DNA from: Macrostomum lignano
Taxonomy: Eukaryota
Length of the DNA: 64,000 nucleotides
Assembly (NCBI GenBank): GCA_002269645.1
Contig: NIVC01001699.1
Coordinates: 1 to 64,000 of the forward strand
Direction: 5' to 3'
Shown here: positions 48,212 through 61,104 of the stretch, piece by piece
Position numbering within the stretch: the stretch's first letter is position 1
Layout: each line of letters opens with the position of its first letter
The notes under the pieces: generated by a model
The model's database searches: none
What the model was told of the DNA's origin: nothing
What the model saw: only the letters and a program-made list of their open reading frames with translations
Program-made: the position numbers and the translations under genes

Positions 48212-48538
48212 ATACTTCACTGAGCTTTCCTTGAAAATTTTAACTGTACTTTTATCTGATCGGATATTGGCTTAGTTAAAATAAGTTGTTGCAAAAAATC
48301 TATATACACTACTGTTAGCGCCAGTGTCTTAAATACAGTAAGATACGCCACTTTTCTATATCCTCAGGAGTAAGCTTATAGAAAGAAGGCCAGTTGAAGT
48401 GACTTGTAGGCGTAAACAAACTTGACAATCTGTGGCAGCCGTAATGTACATTAGCCAGCGCCACTGAGAATGTGCATAGCATGGCAGCTTTAAGCTGGAA
48501 CACCGAGAGAAAAGCAATAAAAGAGCGAGAGAAAAGCG

Positions 48539-48774
48539 GGGGTGCGGCGCTTTTATAAACCCGAAATTTTACAATGTCAAAATACACGGAAGACGTAGGA
48601 GACTATTCGACTTTATGAAATTTCAGTATAGTGAATAGTAGCGGTATTTTTGAGTTTTCGATGTTGTGAAATTTCGGGTTAGTGAAATTTCGACTTTATG
48701 GAATTCCGAGGCTGTAAATTTTCCGTGTTGTGATCTTTGGACATTGTGAAAATTCGAGTTTATGAAACGACCCC
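48539..48774. mobile_element. Small MITE with imperfect TIRs (possibly PIF/Harbinger-like)
   Basis: GGGGT...ACCCC ends flanked by GCG on both sides. Subterminal ATAAACCCGAAATTTTACAATGTC is inverted near 48740-48765. Confidence 0.45.
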
Positions 48775-51700
48775 GCGATGTTGTATCGAAAGACTTGTTG
48801 AGAGGGTTTAAGCTATGGAGGGAAAAGAAGGCCCATTAACGTATTTTATTTTTCTAAAATACATTTAAATATGCTTCTAATAAACTGAAAGTAGTATATA
48901 CGCAAAATCGGTTCATCCAGAAGATTGCTGCCAACCGATTTCGCCTTGTCTCAATTTCTCTGCCAATAAATTGGCTTTAACCGATTTGCACTAGCTACTA
49001 CTAACTAAATCTGAGAAAGCCAGTAGTATTCGAGTCTATTTCTCAAAAAATCTTGTGGCTAATATCAATATTGAAGATACTCTTATATTCAAAGCATTTT
49101 AGGAGTAGCATGTTTGGGCAAAATCTTCATAAACAATTACGCAGATGTACGAGCGTATGTCTTACTATTTTAACGAAATTGTAAATTTTACATTTGTTTC
49201 AAACTTTTTTAAAAAAAACATTAAGCGCCTTACTAAATGCATAAAAACAAGTACAAAGACAATGTATATATTTGATTATTGCTTTTCTATGCTGTTGTGT
49301 TTGTTTGTTTCTTTTATTTATCACGAATACAGTGTGTAAAACCTAATATTACTAGAAGTAGACTGGAAGCGTATTCCGTATATTAGAAAGTTTTATCAAT
49401 AATTTTTTAAGCTTGCATTGTCATCCACTTAGTGAGTCTATATTAAATTCATATTTTGAGTTTAAGAACTTGCCATCGAGCTTAATTAGTATCCCTTTAT
49501 TGGGCATATTACTAATTGGCTGGCGAAGCATTGAATTAACAAAACACCGCTAATTTACTCCCGCCTTTTACCCACGCAGACTGACTAAAAAAATTAACGT
49601 CTAGAACTATCTCAGTCCTATATACTAACATGGATTTCAACGACGTAAAAATTACACTTCGAGCGGTGCTGCTGTCCACAAAGAGTCGTTCGATCCCGAT
49701 TAATGAGCTGCCCTACGAATTCAAGGGGCTATCCGGCAAGTCGCTTGATTATAAGCAATTCGGCTACGCTTCGCTCAGCAAAATGCTGCTGGACATGCCA
49801 GACACTGTCCGACTGTCGGACGGCGGCCGGCTAGTTGTGGGACGATGAGCCAGTAAGTAGTATAGGAAAAAATGCGAGCGAAGCGAGAATTTTTTTCTAT
49901 GCTGCTTACTTTTGCGAAATCGTCCCTGATAAGATGTAACGCCGTTGCACACACTAAAAATGACGTTTTTCAACTTTTAAACGCTGCCAATAAAAAACGG
50001 TACGACCGATTTACAAACAGTTTTTGCCAAAATGTGTCAAAGACCTAGCGCTATCGGATGCACAATAGTTGGTTGCCATGGCAACGCGTTTTGGTTGCCA
50101 TGGCAACCAAAAACTGCGTTTTTTCTACATTGTCAAAAAATTTGATCTCAAAAAATAAGGATTGAGAATATGGCAGCGCTTAGCGAGTGGGCTCAGTAAG
50201 CGCGGGCATTCAAACGCTGCAATGATCAGAAATGGATTTTTTGATTGTACTTTAACTTTTAGGGTAAAAGTACAAAAAACGTGTTTTTTGAGGTCGAAAA
50301 ATCGGCATTTTTTTCAACTTTGCCTCACCGCAGCGAAAAGGACGCGCTTTCGCGCGGCCTTTGAGCTGCCTCCTAGCCTTAAAAACACTTAAGGCTGTTT
50401 GATGCGCTAAATTTTTTTCGGCTAAAATGTACTTTTCACATGGCTGCCTATCTGCACTTTAAAAGTACAAATTTTTAGTGCACTTTTTAGAGGCCTATGG
50501 CGTCGAGATTAAAAACTTTATTTTTTAATATTTCTACACCAAATTACTCAAATGGATGTCTTCTATTCGGAAACATTGAGATCTGGCCGATTGGGCCATC
50601 AATAACCTGCCCAGGTGCCAAAGAGTGCCTAAAAACGACATTTTCGAAAAATTGGGTCACGTTTTTAAAAAGTAGTCCCAAAAAATAAGAAAGTGTTTTA
50701 TGCTACGGTGTTGAGACTTTAACACAACGTGTCAAACATTTGGAAATTTGTTTTCCTAAATTTTCTAAGCATTTGGACCTACCTGTGCTGAACAGTGACC
50801 CGGAAACCGGGGAAAAAAGAGGCCGGGGGCTCTGCAGAAAATCAAACGTTGTTAAGGAAATTTTTTTAAAATGGGGCGAATTTTTTCGAGTGTAGTGTCA
50901 AATTGTAGCCCATCGGATGCCCTTTTGAATGACATAAGACACTCTGGAAAAAACCCCTGTTAACAGGTACTTTTTACCTGTTAAGTGAAAAACGGCCCAT
51001 TTGGGGGTACAAACTTTGAAGTCGAAAAATAAGAAATTTTGCGCACCGATTTTTCTGCATTTTCAATATTGTTTAGTCGAATAGCTAAAGTTTCACCGGT
51101 CATACGCCAATATGGCTGGAAAATTCGTATTTTTGAGCAAACTGCATCTGATTATTAAAAATGCAATTTTTCGGCCAATTTTTTGTACATGTTTTTCAAC
51201 CTTGCCCGTACTGCAGCGAAAAGGACGCGCAATAGCGCGGCTTTTGAGCTGCTGCCTAATGTCAACAACACCTGGGGCTTTTAGATGCGCTATAATTTTT
51301 TGGGCTAAAATGTACTTTTGACATGGCTGCCTATCTGCACTTTAAAAGTACAAACCGTTTGTGCACTTTAAAGAGGCTTATCCTATACAGATGCAAATCT
51401 TGATTTTTTCAATTTTTCAACCCAAATCACTCAAATGGATGTCTTTTATTCGAAAATGCTGAGATCTGCTTGATTGGGCCATTCATTGCTGCTCTATATG
51501 GCTACAAGGGTCAAAAACAGTGTTTATGAAAATTTGGGTCACGTTTTCAAAAAGTAGTCTCCAAAAATAAGAAAGTGTTTTAAGCTACGGTGTTGAGATT
51601 TTAACAAAACGTGTCAAACATATGGAAATTTGTTTTCCTAAATTTTCCAAGCATTTGGACCTACCGGTGCGGAGCAGTGACCCGGAAACCGGGGAAAAAA

Positions 51701-52472
51701 GAGGCCGGGGGACTCGACCAAAAAAGCATATGTTGTTAAAGAAAAATTTTTATTACTGGGCGAATTTTTTCGAATGTGGTGTCAAATTGTAGCCCATCGG
51801 ATGCCCGTTCGAATGGCGCAAGACACTCTGGAAAAAATACCTGTTAACAGGTACTTTTTACCTGTTAAGTGAAAAACGGCCCATTTGGGGTACAAACTTT
51901 GAAGTCGAAAAAAAAGAAATTTTGCGCACCGATTTTTCTGCATTTTCAATATTGTTTAGTCGAATAGCTGAAGTTTCACCGGTCATACGCCAATATGGCT
52001 GGAAAATTCGTATTTTTGAGAAAATTGGCTCCGAATTTTGAGTAGGCCATTTTTGGGCAAATTTTGAGCATACTTTTGGCAATAACTCTGCATTGGCGAG
52101 ACCTAGAGACTCAAGTTTGGTGTCTAAAAACAGCATTATGGATGCACTATGCAACTAAATAAGTTTTGAAAACTGATTCTTAGGTTAACAGGTCTTAATA
52201 CCTGTTTGAATACCTGTCAGAACAGGTAAAAATTCATAATTTGGCGCCTAGCAGCCGAAAAAATTTGTTGACATAGTTTGAAAATGCATTAGATGAATGC
52301 GCCTTGATGTTTTGATTGTAACGACATGCGACTCGTATTTTTAGGTAGAAGCGTTGCGATGCAGTGAGCAGAAATGTATGAAAAAGCAGCAAAAATCGTA
52401 TAAGTGGCTACCATACATACGGAATATTCGATATAAAGCGCGTGCACTGTAGAGCTTTGCTTAAGCGAGAGA

Positions 52473-52539
52473 TGGATCGTGGCCGAAGGCAGTTGCTTTG
52501 TAAACTGCATGTACCCGGGTTCGAATCCCAAGTGAGCCA
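52473..52539 (+). other. tRNA-like (A-box/B-box) sequence inside the rolling-circle element; not a functional tRNA
   Basis: TGGCCGAAGG, stem GCAGTT/AACTGC, GGTTCGAATCC, acceptor-like TGGATCG/TGAGCCA, followed by T6 at 52542-52547. Confidence 0.55.
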
Positions 52540-52817
52540 GGTTTTTTATATTTAATTTTTTTAGCAGGAACGGATTTATTAGTATTTTCAATTCTCTTTC
52601 ACTTGAATATAATTTAATATTAATTGTTTAATTTTCCTTTCCTTGTATACCTTATTAAAGAGTAAGAGTGAAGCTGAAAGTGCGGCACAGATGATTTGTT
52701 AGTGCAGAAAGAGTATTACGATACATATCGGCAAGTATGTGTTGCGTGGTCGCAAGAAGGCTTACAAGCAGTTTTAGCGTGCTAAAAAGATGTGTTAGAG
52801 GTGGGAAAATTTGCGGA

Positions 52818-53270
52818 GGGGTTAGGTGGGGGAGCGGGGGTGTGGGGGCGGCAGCCCCCACAATACGCAAACCCCCAACAACAACCACCCTCCCCAACAA
52901 CAACGCGCGGGAGGGGTGGGGGAGCGGGGGTGTGGGGGCGGCAGCCCCCACGTTACGCAAACCCCACAACAACAACCACCCTCCCCAACAACAACGCGCG
53001 GGAGGGGTGGGGGAGCGGGGGTGTGGGGGCGGCAGCCCCCACGTTACGCAAACCCCACAACAACAACCACCCTCCCCAACAACAACCACCCTCCCCAACA
53101 ACAACGCGCGGGAGGGGTGGGGGAGCGGGGGTGTGGGGGCGGCAGCCCCACGTTACGCAAACCCCCCAACAACAACCACCCCCCAACAACAACAACAACA
53201 ACCCCAACAACAACAAAAACCCCAACAACAACAACCCCTTTTACAACCAACAAACAACAACAACCGCCTT
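52818..53270. repeat. G-rich and CAA-rich tandem repeat (about 90-bp unit) in copy A
   Basis: GGGAGGGGTGGGGGAGCGGGGGTGTGGGGGCGGCAGCCCCCAC... present in about 4 copies. Confidence 0.9.
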
Positions 53271-53831
53271 AACAACCCTTTCTACACAACAGCAGAGTGG
53301 ATATTCTTGTAATCTAATAAAATATTTTTTATTATTATATTTCCACAGTTATGTATAAACTTTGTTTAAATCAAATTGAAAATGTAGCCCATTAAGCTAT
53401 TTAGTTCTTCATACGTCATAGCCGTAAAATATAAAAACACGATATAGCGTTTTAATTAGTTCTTAATTTGGGTTAAATAAATAGGTCATAGCCATAAACA
53501 ATAATGGACATAATAAACCATCATAAGTGTTTTTATTAATTTTTTTAAATAGTTATGCTTAAACTTTGTTTAAATTAAATTATAATCAACTAAGCTTCTT
53601 AGTTTTTTTTAAAATTTATATTAAGCCATAAACAATAATGGACATAATAAACCATCATAAGTATTTTTATTAATTTTTTAAACAGTTATGCTTAAACTTT
53701 GTTTAAATTAAATTATAATCAACTAAGCTTCTTAGTTTTTTTTTAAATTTAAAATTAGGCCATAAAAGTTACAAACAATATATAAACCATCGTCCCACCT
53801 TTGAAGACGACAGCGTCTTCATTCACTAGTT

Positions 53832-56800
53832 GTGGGACGATGAGCCAGTAAGTAGTATAGAAAAAAATGCGAGCGAAGCGAGAATTTTTTTCTATACTGC
53901 TTACTTTTGCGAAATCGTCCCTGATAAGATGTGCAACAGATGTGACACACTAAAAATGACGTTTTTCAACTTTTAAACGCTGCCAATAAAAAACGGTACA
54001 ACCGATTTACAAACAGTTTTTGCCAAAATGTGTCAAAGACCTAGCGCTATCGGATGCACAATAGTTGGTTGCCATGGCAACGCGTTTTGGTTGCCATGGC
54101 AACCAAAAACTGCGTTTTTTCTACATTGTCAAAAAATTTGATCTCAAAAAATAAGGATTGAGAATATGGCAGCGCTTAGCGAGTGGGCTCAGTAAGCGCG
54201 GGCATTCAAACGCTGCAATGATCAGAAATGGATTTTTTGATTGTACTTTAACTTTTAGGGTAAAAGTACAAAAAACGTGTTTTTTGAGGTCGAAAAATCG
54301 GCATTTTTTTCAACTTTGCCTTACCGCAGCGAAAAGGACGCGCGATAGCACGGCCTTTGAGCTGCCTCATAGCGTCAATAACACCTGGGGCTGTTTGATG
54401 CGCTATAGTTTTTAGGGCTAAAATGTACTTTTCACATGGCTGCCTATCTGCTGTTTAAAAGTACAAATTTTTAGTGCACTTTTGTGAGGCCTATGGCGTC
54501 GAGATGGAAAACTTTATTTTTTAATATTTCTACACCAAATTACTCAAATGGATGTCTTCTATTCGGAAACATTGAGATTTGGCCGATTGGGCCATCAATA
54601 ACCTGCCTAGGTGCCAAAGAGTGCCTAAAAACGACATTTTCGAAAAATTGGGTCACGTTTTCAAAAAGTAGTCCCCAAAAATAAGGAAGCGTTTTATGCT
54701 ACGGTGTTGAGACTTTAACACGACGTGTCAAACATTTGGAAATTTGTTTTCCTGAATTTTCTAAGCATTGGGACCTACCTGTGCTGAGCAGTCACCCGGA
54801 AACCGGGGAAAAAAGAGGCCGGGGGCTCTGCAGAAAATCAAACGTTGTTAAGGAAATTTTTTTAAAATGGGGCGAATTTTTTCGAGTGTAGTGTCAAATT
54901 GTAGCCCATCGGATGCCCTTTTGAATGACATAAGACACTCCTGAAAAAACCCCTGTTAACAGGTACTTTTTACCTGTTAAGTGAAAAACGGCCCATTTGG
55001 GGGTACAAACTTTGGAGTGGAAAAATAAGAAATTTTGCGCACCGATTTTTCTGCATTTTCAATATTGTTTAGTCGAATAGCTAAAGTTTCACCGGTCATA
55101 CGCCAATATGGCTGGAAAATTCGTATTTTTGAGCAAACTGCATCTGATTTTTAAAAATGCAATTTTTCGGCCAATTTTTTGTACATGTTTTTCAACCTTG
55201 CCCGTACTGCAGCGAAAAGGACGCGCAATAGCGCGGCTTTTGAGCTGCTGCATAATGTAAACAACACCTGGGGCTTTTAGATGCGCTATAATTTTTTGGG
55301 CTAAAATGTACTTTTGACATGGCTGCCTATCTGCACTTTAAAAGTACAAACCGTTTGTGCACTTTAAAGAGGCTTATCCTATACAGATGCAAATCTTGAT
55401 TTTTTCAATTTTTCAACCCAAATCACTCAAATGGATGTCTTTTATTCGGAAATGCTGAGATCTGCTTGATTGGGCCATTCATTGCTGCTCTATATGGCTA
55501 CAAGGGTCAAAAAGAGTGTTTTTGAAAATTTGGGTCACGTTTTCAAAAAGTAGTCTCCAAAAATAAGAAAGTGTTTTAAGCTACGGTGTTGAAATTTTAA
55601 CAAAACGTGTCAAACATATGGAAATTTGTTTTCCTAAATTTTCTAAGCATTTGGACCTACCTGTGCGGAGCAGTGACCCGGAAACCGGGGAAAAAAGAGG
55701 CCGGGGGACTCGACCAAAAAAGCATATGTTGTTAAAGAAAAATTTTTATTACTGGGCGAATTTTTTCGAATGTGGTGTCAAATTGTAGCCCATCGGATGC
55801 CCTTTTGAATGACATAAGACACTCCTGAAAAAACCCCTGTTAACAGGTACTTTTTACCTGTTAATTGAAAAACGGCCCTTTTGGGGTACAAACTTTGAAG
55901 TCGAAAAATAAGAAATTTTGCGCACCGATTTTTCTGCATTTTCAATATTGTTTAGTCGAATAGCTGAAGTTACACCGGTCATACGCCAATATGGCTGGAA
56001 AATTCGTATTTTTGAGAAAATTGGCTCCGAATTTTGAGTAGGCCATTTTTGGGCAAATTTTGAGCATACTTTTGCTAATAACTCTGCATTGGCGAGACCT
56101 AGAGACTCAAGTTTGGTGTCTAAAAACAGCACTATGGATGCATTATGCAGCTAAATCAGTTTTGAAAACTGATTCTTAGGTTAACAGGTCTTAATACCTG
56201 TTCGATTACCTGCCAGAACAGGTGAAAATTAATATTTTGGCGCCTAGCAGCCGAAAAATTTGTTGACATAATTTGAAAATGCATTGGATGAATGCGCCTT
56301 GATGTTATCTCTGTAACGACATGCGACTCGTATTTTTAGGTAGAAGCGTTGCGATGCAACGAGCAGAAATGTATGAAAAAGCAGAAAAAATGGTAGAAAT
56401 GGCTGCTATTAGCGATATTCGATATAAAATACGTGTACAATAGGCCAACTTAGTAAGCAATTTGTGGCTCAGTGGCAGAGTTAGTTTCCATATAATTGAG
56501 TGCTGCAGGGTTCGATTCCCAAGAGATCCGAAAAAATTTTAGTTTAAAGTTCTTTTAGAGCAAACAGTTTTTTAGTATTTTTATTTCTCTAACTATTATG
56601 TTTTTTATACAATTAAATTACATTTATTTAAATTTATTTTTCTTTTTATACGTATTTAAAGAGTAACAGTGAATCTTTTAGTGCGGCACGTATGATTGTT
56701 AGTGCAAAAAGTATATTACGATACATGTCGGCAAGCAAGTATTTGATGTCTGGTCGTTTGAAGGCTAGAATATAGTTGTAACATATTACAAAGACGTGTT

Positions 56801-58327
56801 TAGATGTGGGAAAAGTTCTCGAGGGGTGGTGGAGCGGTGGGGGAGCCAGCCCCCCTTTACCACTAGACTAACTAATGCCAGGGGCGTGGGGGCGGCTAGC
56901 CCCCACTATACCACTATACCACTAGACTAACTAATGCCAGGGGCGTGGGGGGCGGCCAGCCCCCACTATACCACTAGACTAACTAATGCCAGGGGCGTGG
57001 GGGGCGGCCAGCCCCCACTATACCACTAGACTAACTAATGCCAGGGGCGTGGGGGGCGGCCAGCCCCCTACTATACCACTAGACTAACTAATGCCAGGGG
57101 CGTGGGGGGCGGCTAGCCCCCCACTATACCACTATACCACTAGACTAACTAATGCCAGGGGCGTGGGGGCGGCCAGCCCCCACTATACCACTAGACTAAC
57201 TAATGCCAGGGGCGTGGGGGCGGCCAGCCCCCCACTATACCACTAGACTAACTAATGCCAGGGGCGTGGGGGCGGCGAGCCCCCACTATACCACTAGACT
57301 AATAAATGCCAGGGGCGTGGGGGCGGCCAGCCCCCCACTATACCACTAGACTAACTAATGCCAGGGGCGTGGGGGCGGCCAGCCCCCACTATACCACTAG
57401 ACTAACTAATGCCAGGGGCGTGGGGGCGGCCAGCCCCCCACTATACTACTAGACTAACTAATGCCAGGGGCGTGGGGGGCGGCCAGCCCCCCACTATACC
57501 ACTAGACTAACTAATGCCAGGGGCGTGGGGGGCGGCCAGCCCCCCACTATACCACTAGACTAACTAATGCCAGGGGCGTGGGGGCGGCCAGCCCCCACTA
57601 TACCACTATACCACTAGACTAACTAATGCCAGGGGCGTGGGGGGCGGCCAGCCCCCCACTATACCACTTAGACTAACTAATGCCAGGGGCGTGGGGGGCG
57701 GCCAGCCCCCCACTATACCACTAGACTAACTAATGCCAGGGGCGTGGGGGCGGCCAGCCCCCACTATACCACAAGACTAACTAATGCCAGGGGCGTGGGG
57801 GGCGGCCAGCCTCCCACTATACCACTAGACTAACTAATGCCAGGGGCGTGGGGGGCGGCCAGCCCTCCACTATACCACTAGACTAACTAATGCCAGGGGC
57901 GTGGGGGCGGCCAGCCCCCCACTATACCACTAGACTAATAAATGCCAGGGGCGTGGGGGCGGCCAGCCCCCACTATACCACTAGACTAATAAATGCCAGG
58001 GGCGTGGGGGCGGCCAGCCCCTACTATACCACTAGACTAACTAATGCCAGGGGCGTGGGGGCGGCCAGCCCCCCACTATACCACTATACCACTAGACTAA
58101 CTAATGCCAGGGGCGTGGGGGCGGCCAGCCCCCCAGTATACCACTTTGACTAACTAATGCCAGGGCGGCCAGCCCCCCACTAAACAACTAGACTAACTAA
58201 TGCCAGGGGCGTGGGGGGCTTTTTAGCTCTCAATTTAGGTTAAATAAATAGATGTCATAGCCATAAACAATAATGGACACAATATAAACCATCGTCCCAC
58301 CTTTGAAGACGACAGCGTCTTCATTCA
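53832..58327 (+). mobile_element. Non-autonomous rolling-circle (Helentron/HINE-like) element, copy B (tandem)
   Basis: Same termini, subTIR and hairpin as copy A. The body is closely similar but not identical; the tRNA-like and tandem-repeat modules differ. Confidence 0.75.
56860..58218. repeat. Tandem repeat (51-53-bp unit) in copy B
   Basis: Unit CCACTAGACTAACTAATGCCAGGGGCGTGGGGGCGGCCAGCCCCCACTATA, about 25 copies. Confidence 0.95.
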
Positions 58328-59469
58328 CTAGTTCACGGCCTTTCCAACGCCAACACGAGCCATATTGAGAGCCTAATCCGCAATCAACTACCCAGCGGCC
58401 GGGACAAGCGTGGCACCAGGGGTAGCAGTTTCCGGCGCCTCTCATCGGATAGCAGGCCGATATTTAGGCGACTTCCGGTACCCAGTTTAATAGACGATCA
58501 AGCGGGTAGAAGGAGCCTCGATAGGAGTTCTGCTGGACAGAGCCAGACCAGCACTGGCCGCAGCGTTCGTCCTATTGGAATTTGTAAGTGTAACTGGTGT
58601 CCTGTTGCTTTGGATAGCTGACTAGCTCGTAGCTAGATAGATAGACTGATGGATCTTTTTTATATAATAACCCAAGCGCGCGGATATTTTTTGTTCTTTT
58701 TTAGATCCAAGTCTTAATCGCGCCCTGCAGAACGCTCAGAAAGATTGCAACGCTGCGATTAAACAACAACAGCAGCGGCGGCTACAACAGCAGCAGAAGC
58801 AGCAGCAACAACAACAACAGCAGCAGCAGCAGCAGAAGCAACAACAACAGCAGCAGCAGAAGCAGCAACAACAGCAGCAGCAGAAGCAACAACAACAGCA
58901 GCAGCAAAAGCAACAACAACAGCAGCAGCAGCAAAAGCAACAACAACAGCAGCAGCAGCAGCAACCAGAGAAGCAGCAGGCAGCAGTACAATTACAAAGT
59001 CTAGGCAACCTGCCCGACAGCGTCGTCCGTTCCGTACTTGCAGCCTACCTGCGCGCGCATGACCTGGGCGCGGAGCGCGACGCCACCTGGCAGGCGGTTG
59101 CGGCTGCACTGGCCGGCTCCTGGCTCAGCCCTTGCCAGGTCTCGCCCGAACAGGTTATCCGGGCCGAGCGCCACTGGTCCGACCTGTTCACTCTACAGTT
59201 CCGCTGGCCCAGCGATATCTATCTGCCAACTGCGGCCGTACTGTCGCCTAGAAACAGCCTCGCTAATGTTAGTGACATCATCAGCGACCAGGAGGCCGAC
59301 CTGCTGATCGTTGGACTGCTCAATTCGCAACCGGCCAGTCGCGTCTTGTTCTGATAATTTTTACCTGGATATCAAACTAATTAACACCTTTCTGTCTGCC
59401 TTATGTCTCCCTCTGCCTTTCCCCCCTCTCTCTCTATCTGGCAATGCCTCCCCTCTGTCTCTATCTGGC

Positions 59470-60870
59470 AGATCTGGTATCTATCTATATCTAGTGTGTT
59501 CCTCAAACTTCAGCATCCAGTCTTTCATGATGTTTAGACCCTCAATAATTTCGGCCCTCTGGCCGATCAGTCGTGTCGTCGGCAAATAGGGATGTCGAGA
59601 TTAACTCTGCGGTGGCAGGGAGTGTCCGGGCAGCCAGCTCCATGGTATCCCACTGACCCTGTTCTTCAGTGCCGCGGCAGCTTGTCGATGTTCTTCGGCT
59701 TTCCTCATGCACGCCTGATGTATGATGTTGAATGGAACTGGTGACGTTGGGCATCCTTCCCGTAAGCCGCGTTCCGGTCTCCATTCTTCGCTGGTTCGAT
59801 TCTTCACTTTTACCTTTTAGTTCATAAAACTCATGCAGGTCCTGTAGTCCTGTGCCTTTATTGCGGTTGATAGGCTTATGGTCGGATCCTATTTGTTAAA
59901 GTTAAAGTAGTCGTTAACGTCGCCTCCAATTATTACTGGCCTGCCCTTGTGGTCTTCGTGGATAAATTTTTCGATTTCGTTACGAGCCATGGCGAGTTCT
60001 TGCTCATAGGTCGGGCTTCCTTTGACCGGGCAGTGTACGCAAATAAAGGCGAGGTCACAGATTTGGATGCATAATTTGCGGTCACTTCTCTTAACGGTAG
60101 CGCCGCTATCACGCCAGGTCTGAAAAAGTTCGTTGTCGAGTGCGATTGCAGCTTTTTTTGCTGTGGATCAAGTGCATGTTTTTTGTGCTTGATGCTAGCT
60201 TTGGATTCCGGGGCCGTCAGTGTTTAGTTTGGTAATTAACACTTTTTCTCAATTGCTGGTCATTATTTGGCGCGCAATTTGTCCGAAACGTCTTCCATTG
60301 AGGTTTGTTCGCTGGACGTTCCAAGTTGTTATCCGAAATTCACGGTGTTTTAGGTGTCGTATTTTTCTGCTCTACGTCTCTGGCGACGGGATCTATGGCG
60401 TTGCAGGCGCTTTTCTTTTGCTTCTTTTCTTCTTTAGTTTTTTTTGACATTTTTGTTGTTTTTCGTCTCCAGGATTGTCTTCGTTTATACGGTCTCTCGG
60501 CGACAATTCAAGTCCTGGGTTTTTTCGACGGTTTTTAACTGCATTCTCACTGCGGTGGTGCTGTGCCGGTGGTCCAATTTCTCATGCTGTGCTGTGGTGT
60601 TGTCGTTTCCTTTCTTTTTACTACAGGTGTGATTTGCCTTGTATTTAGCGACGTGCGGGTGGGTAACTTCCGTTCGTCGTTTAGAAAAAGGGCTGGTGAG
60701 GTAGTATGGGGTTGTCCTCGTGGCTGCTGTCCGTGCGTCTTTCCTTTTGCAGACTTTCTTGCCAGGAGTTGCCTCCTGCCCACTGGCACCCTCGGGAAGG
60801 TCGTCTGCATACGGCCAGCCCGATTTGTCCTCTGACATAAAGGCCTCTTCGTCATCGGATGTCATTATGT
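59470..60870 (-). mobile_element. Internally deleted LINE remnant (N-terminal region, AP endonuclease and RT fragments)
   Basis: Minus-strand AFICVHCP and VIIGGDVN (endonuclease), GLREGCPTSPVPFNII and LFADDT (RT). Confidence 0.85.
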
Positions 60871-61104
60871 CAGAACTCGATTGACTGGCTGTTTCTTCCT
60901 TTAACTTGGTCGTTTTTTACTTTTAAGCGATTATAATACGGCTACTTAAAATGAGTTTTATTTAGCTTTTTTGACAAACAAAATTTTGTATGCATGTATA
61001 ATAGATCGACCAAGTAAAACATCTTTGTGTGAATTTTTGTTACTTTCTTGCTTTGCAATTATTACCAGCTGTGCAGACTCGCCTTCCGCTAAATTATGTC
61101 ATAG

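Larger units (their letters stand above)
49837..53825 (+). mobile_element. Non-autonomous rolling-circle (Helentron/HINE-like) element, copy A
   Basis: 5' GTGGGACGATG; subterminal inverse CATCGTCCCAC at 53788-53798; hairpin TGAAGACG-acag-CGTCTTCA at 53802-53821; internal duplication of about 885 bp; internal tandem repeats; no Rep/helicase ORF. Confidence 0.75.
49630..59354 (+). pseudogene. Extended-LOTUS (OST-HTH) domain gene, TDRD5/TDRD7-like N-terminus, about 368 aa when reconstructed; interrupted by a transposon
   Basis: 49630-49836 encodes VKITLRAVLLS...YKQFGYASLSKMLLDMPDTVRL. Removing the insert restores GRLVHGLSNANTSHIESLIRNQ (58334-58583). A phase-1 intron leads to exon 58705-59354 (polyQ plus helical region). 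As assembled the frame stops at TGA 49846-49848. Confidence 0.8.

Noticed and set aside
52473-56530. Functional tRNA genes
   Set aside because: Truncated D-arm, broken T-stem, no canonical 7-nt anticodon loop in copy A, and poor acceptor pairing in copy B.
49834-58331. Rolling-circle insert acting as a self-removing intron (introner)
   Set aside because: Available GT donors (49834, 49837) with the CTAG acceptor at 58331 shift the frame, and the strong GTAAGT at 49853 lies after an in-frame TGA.
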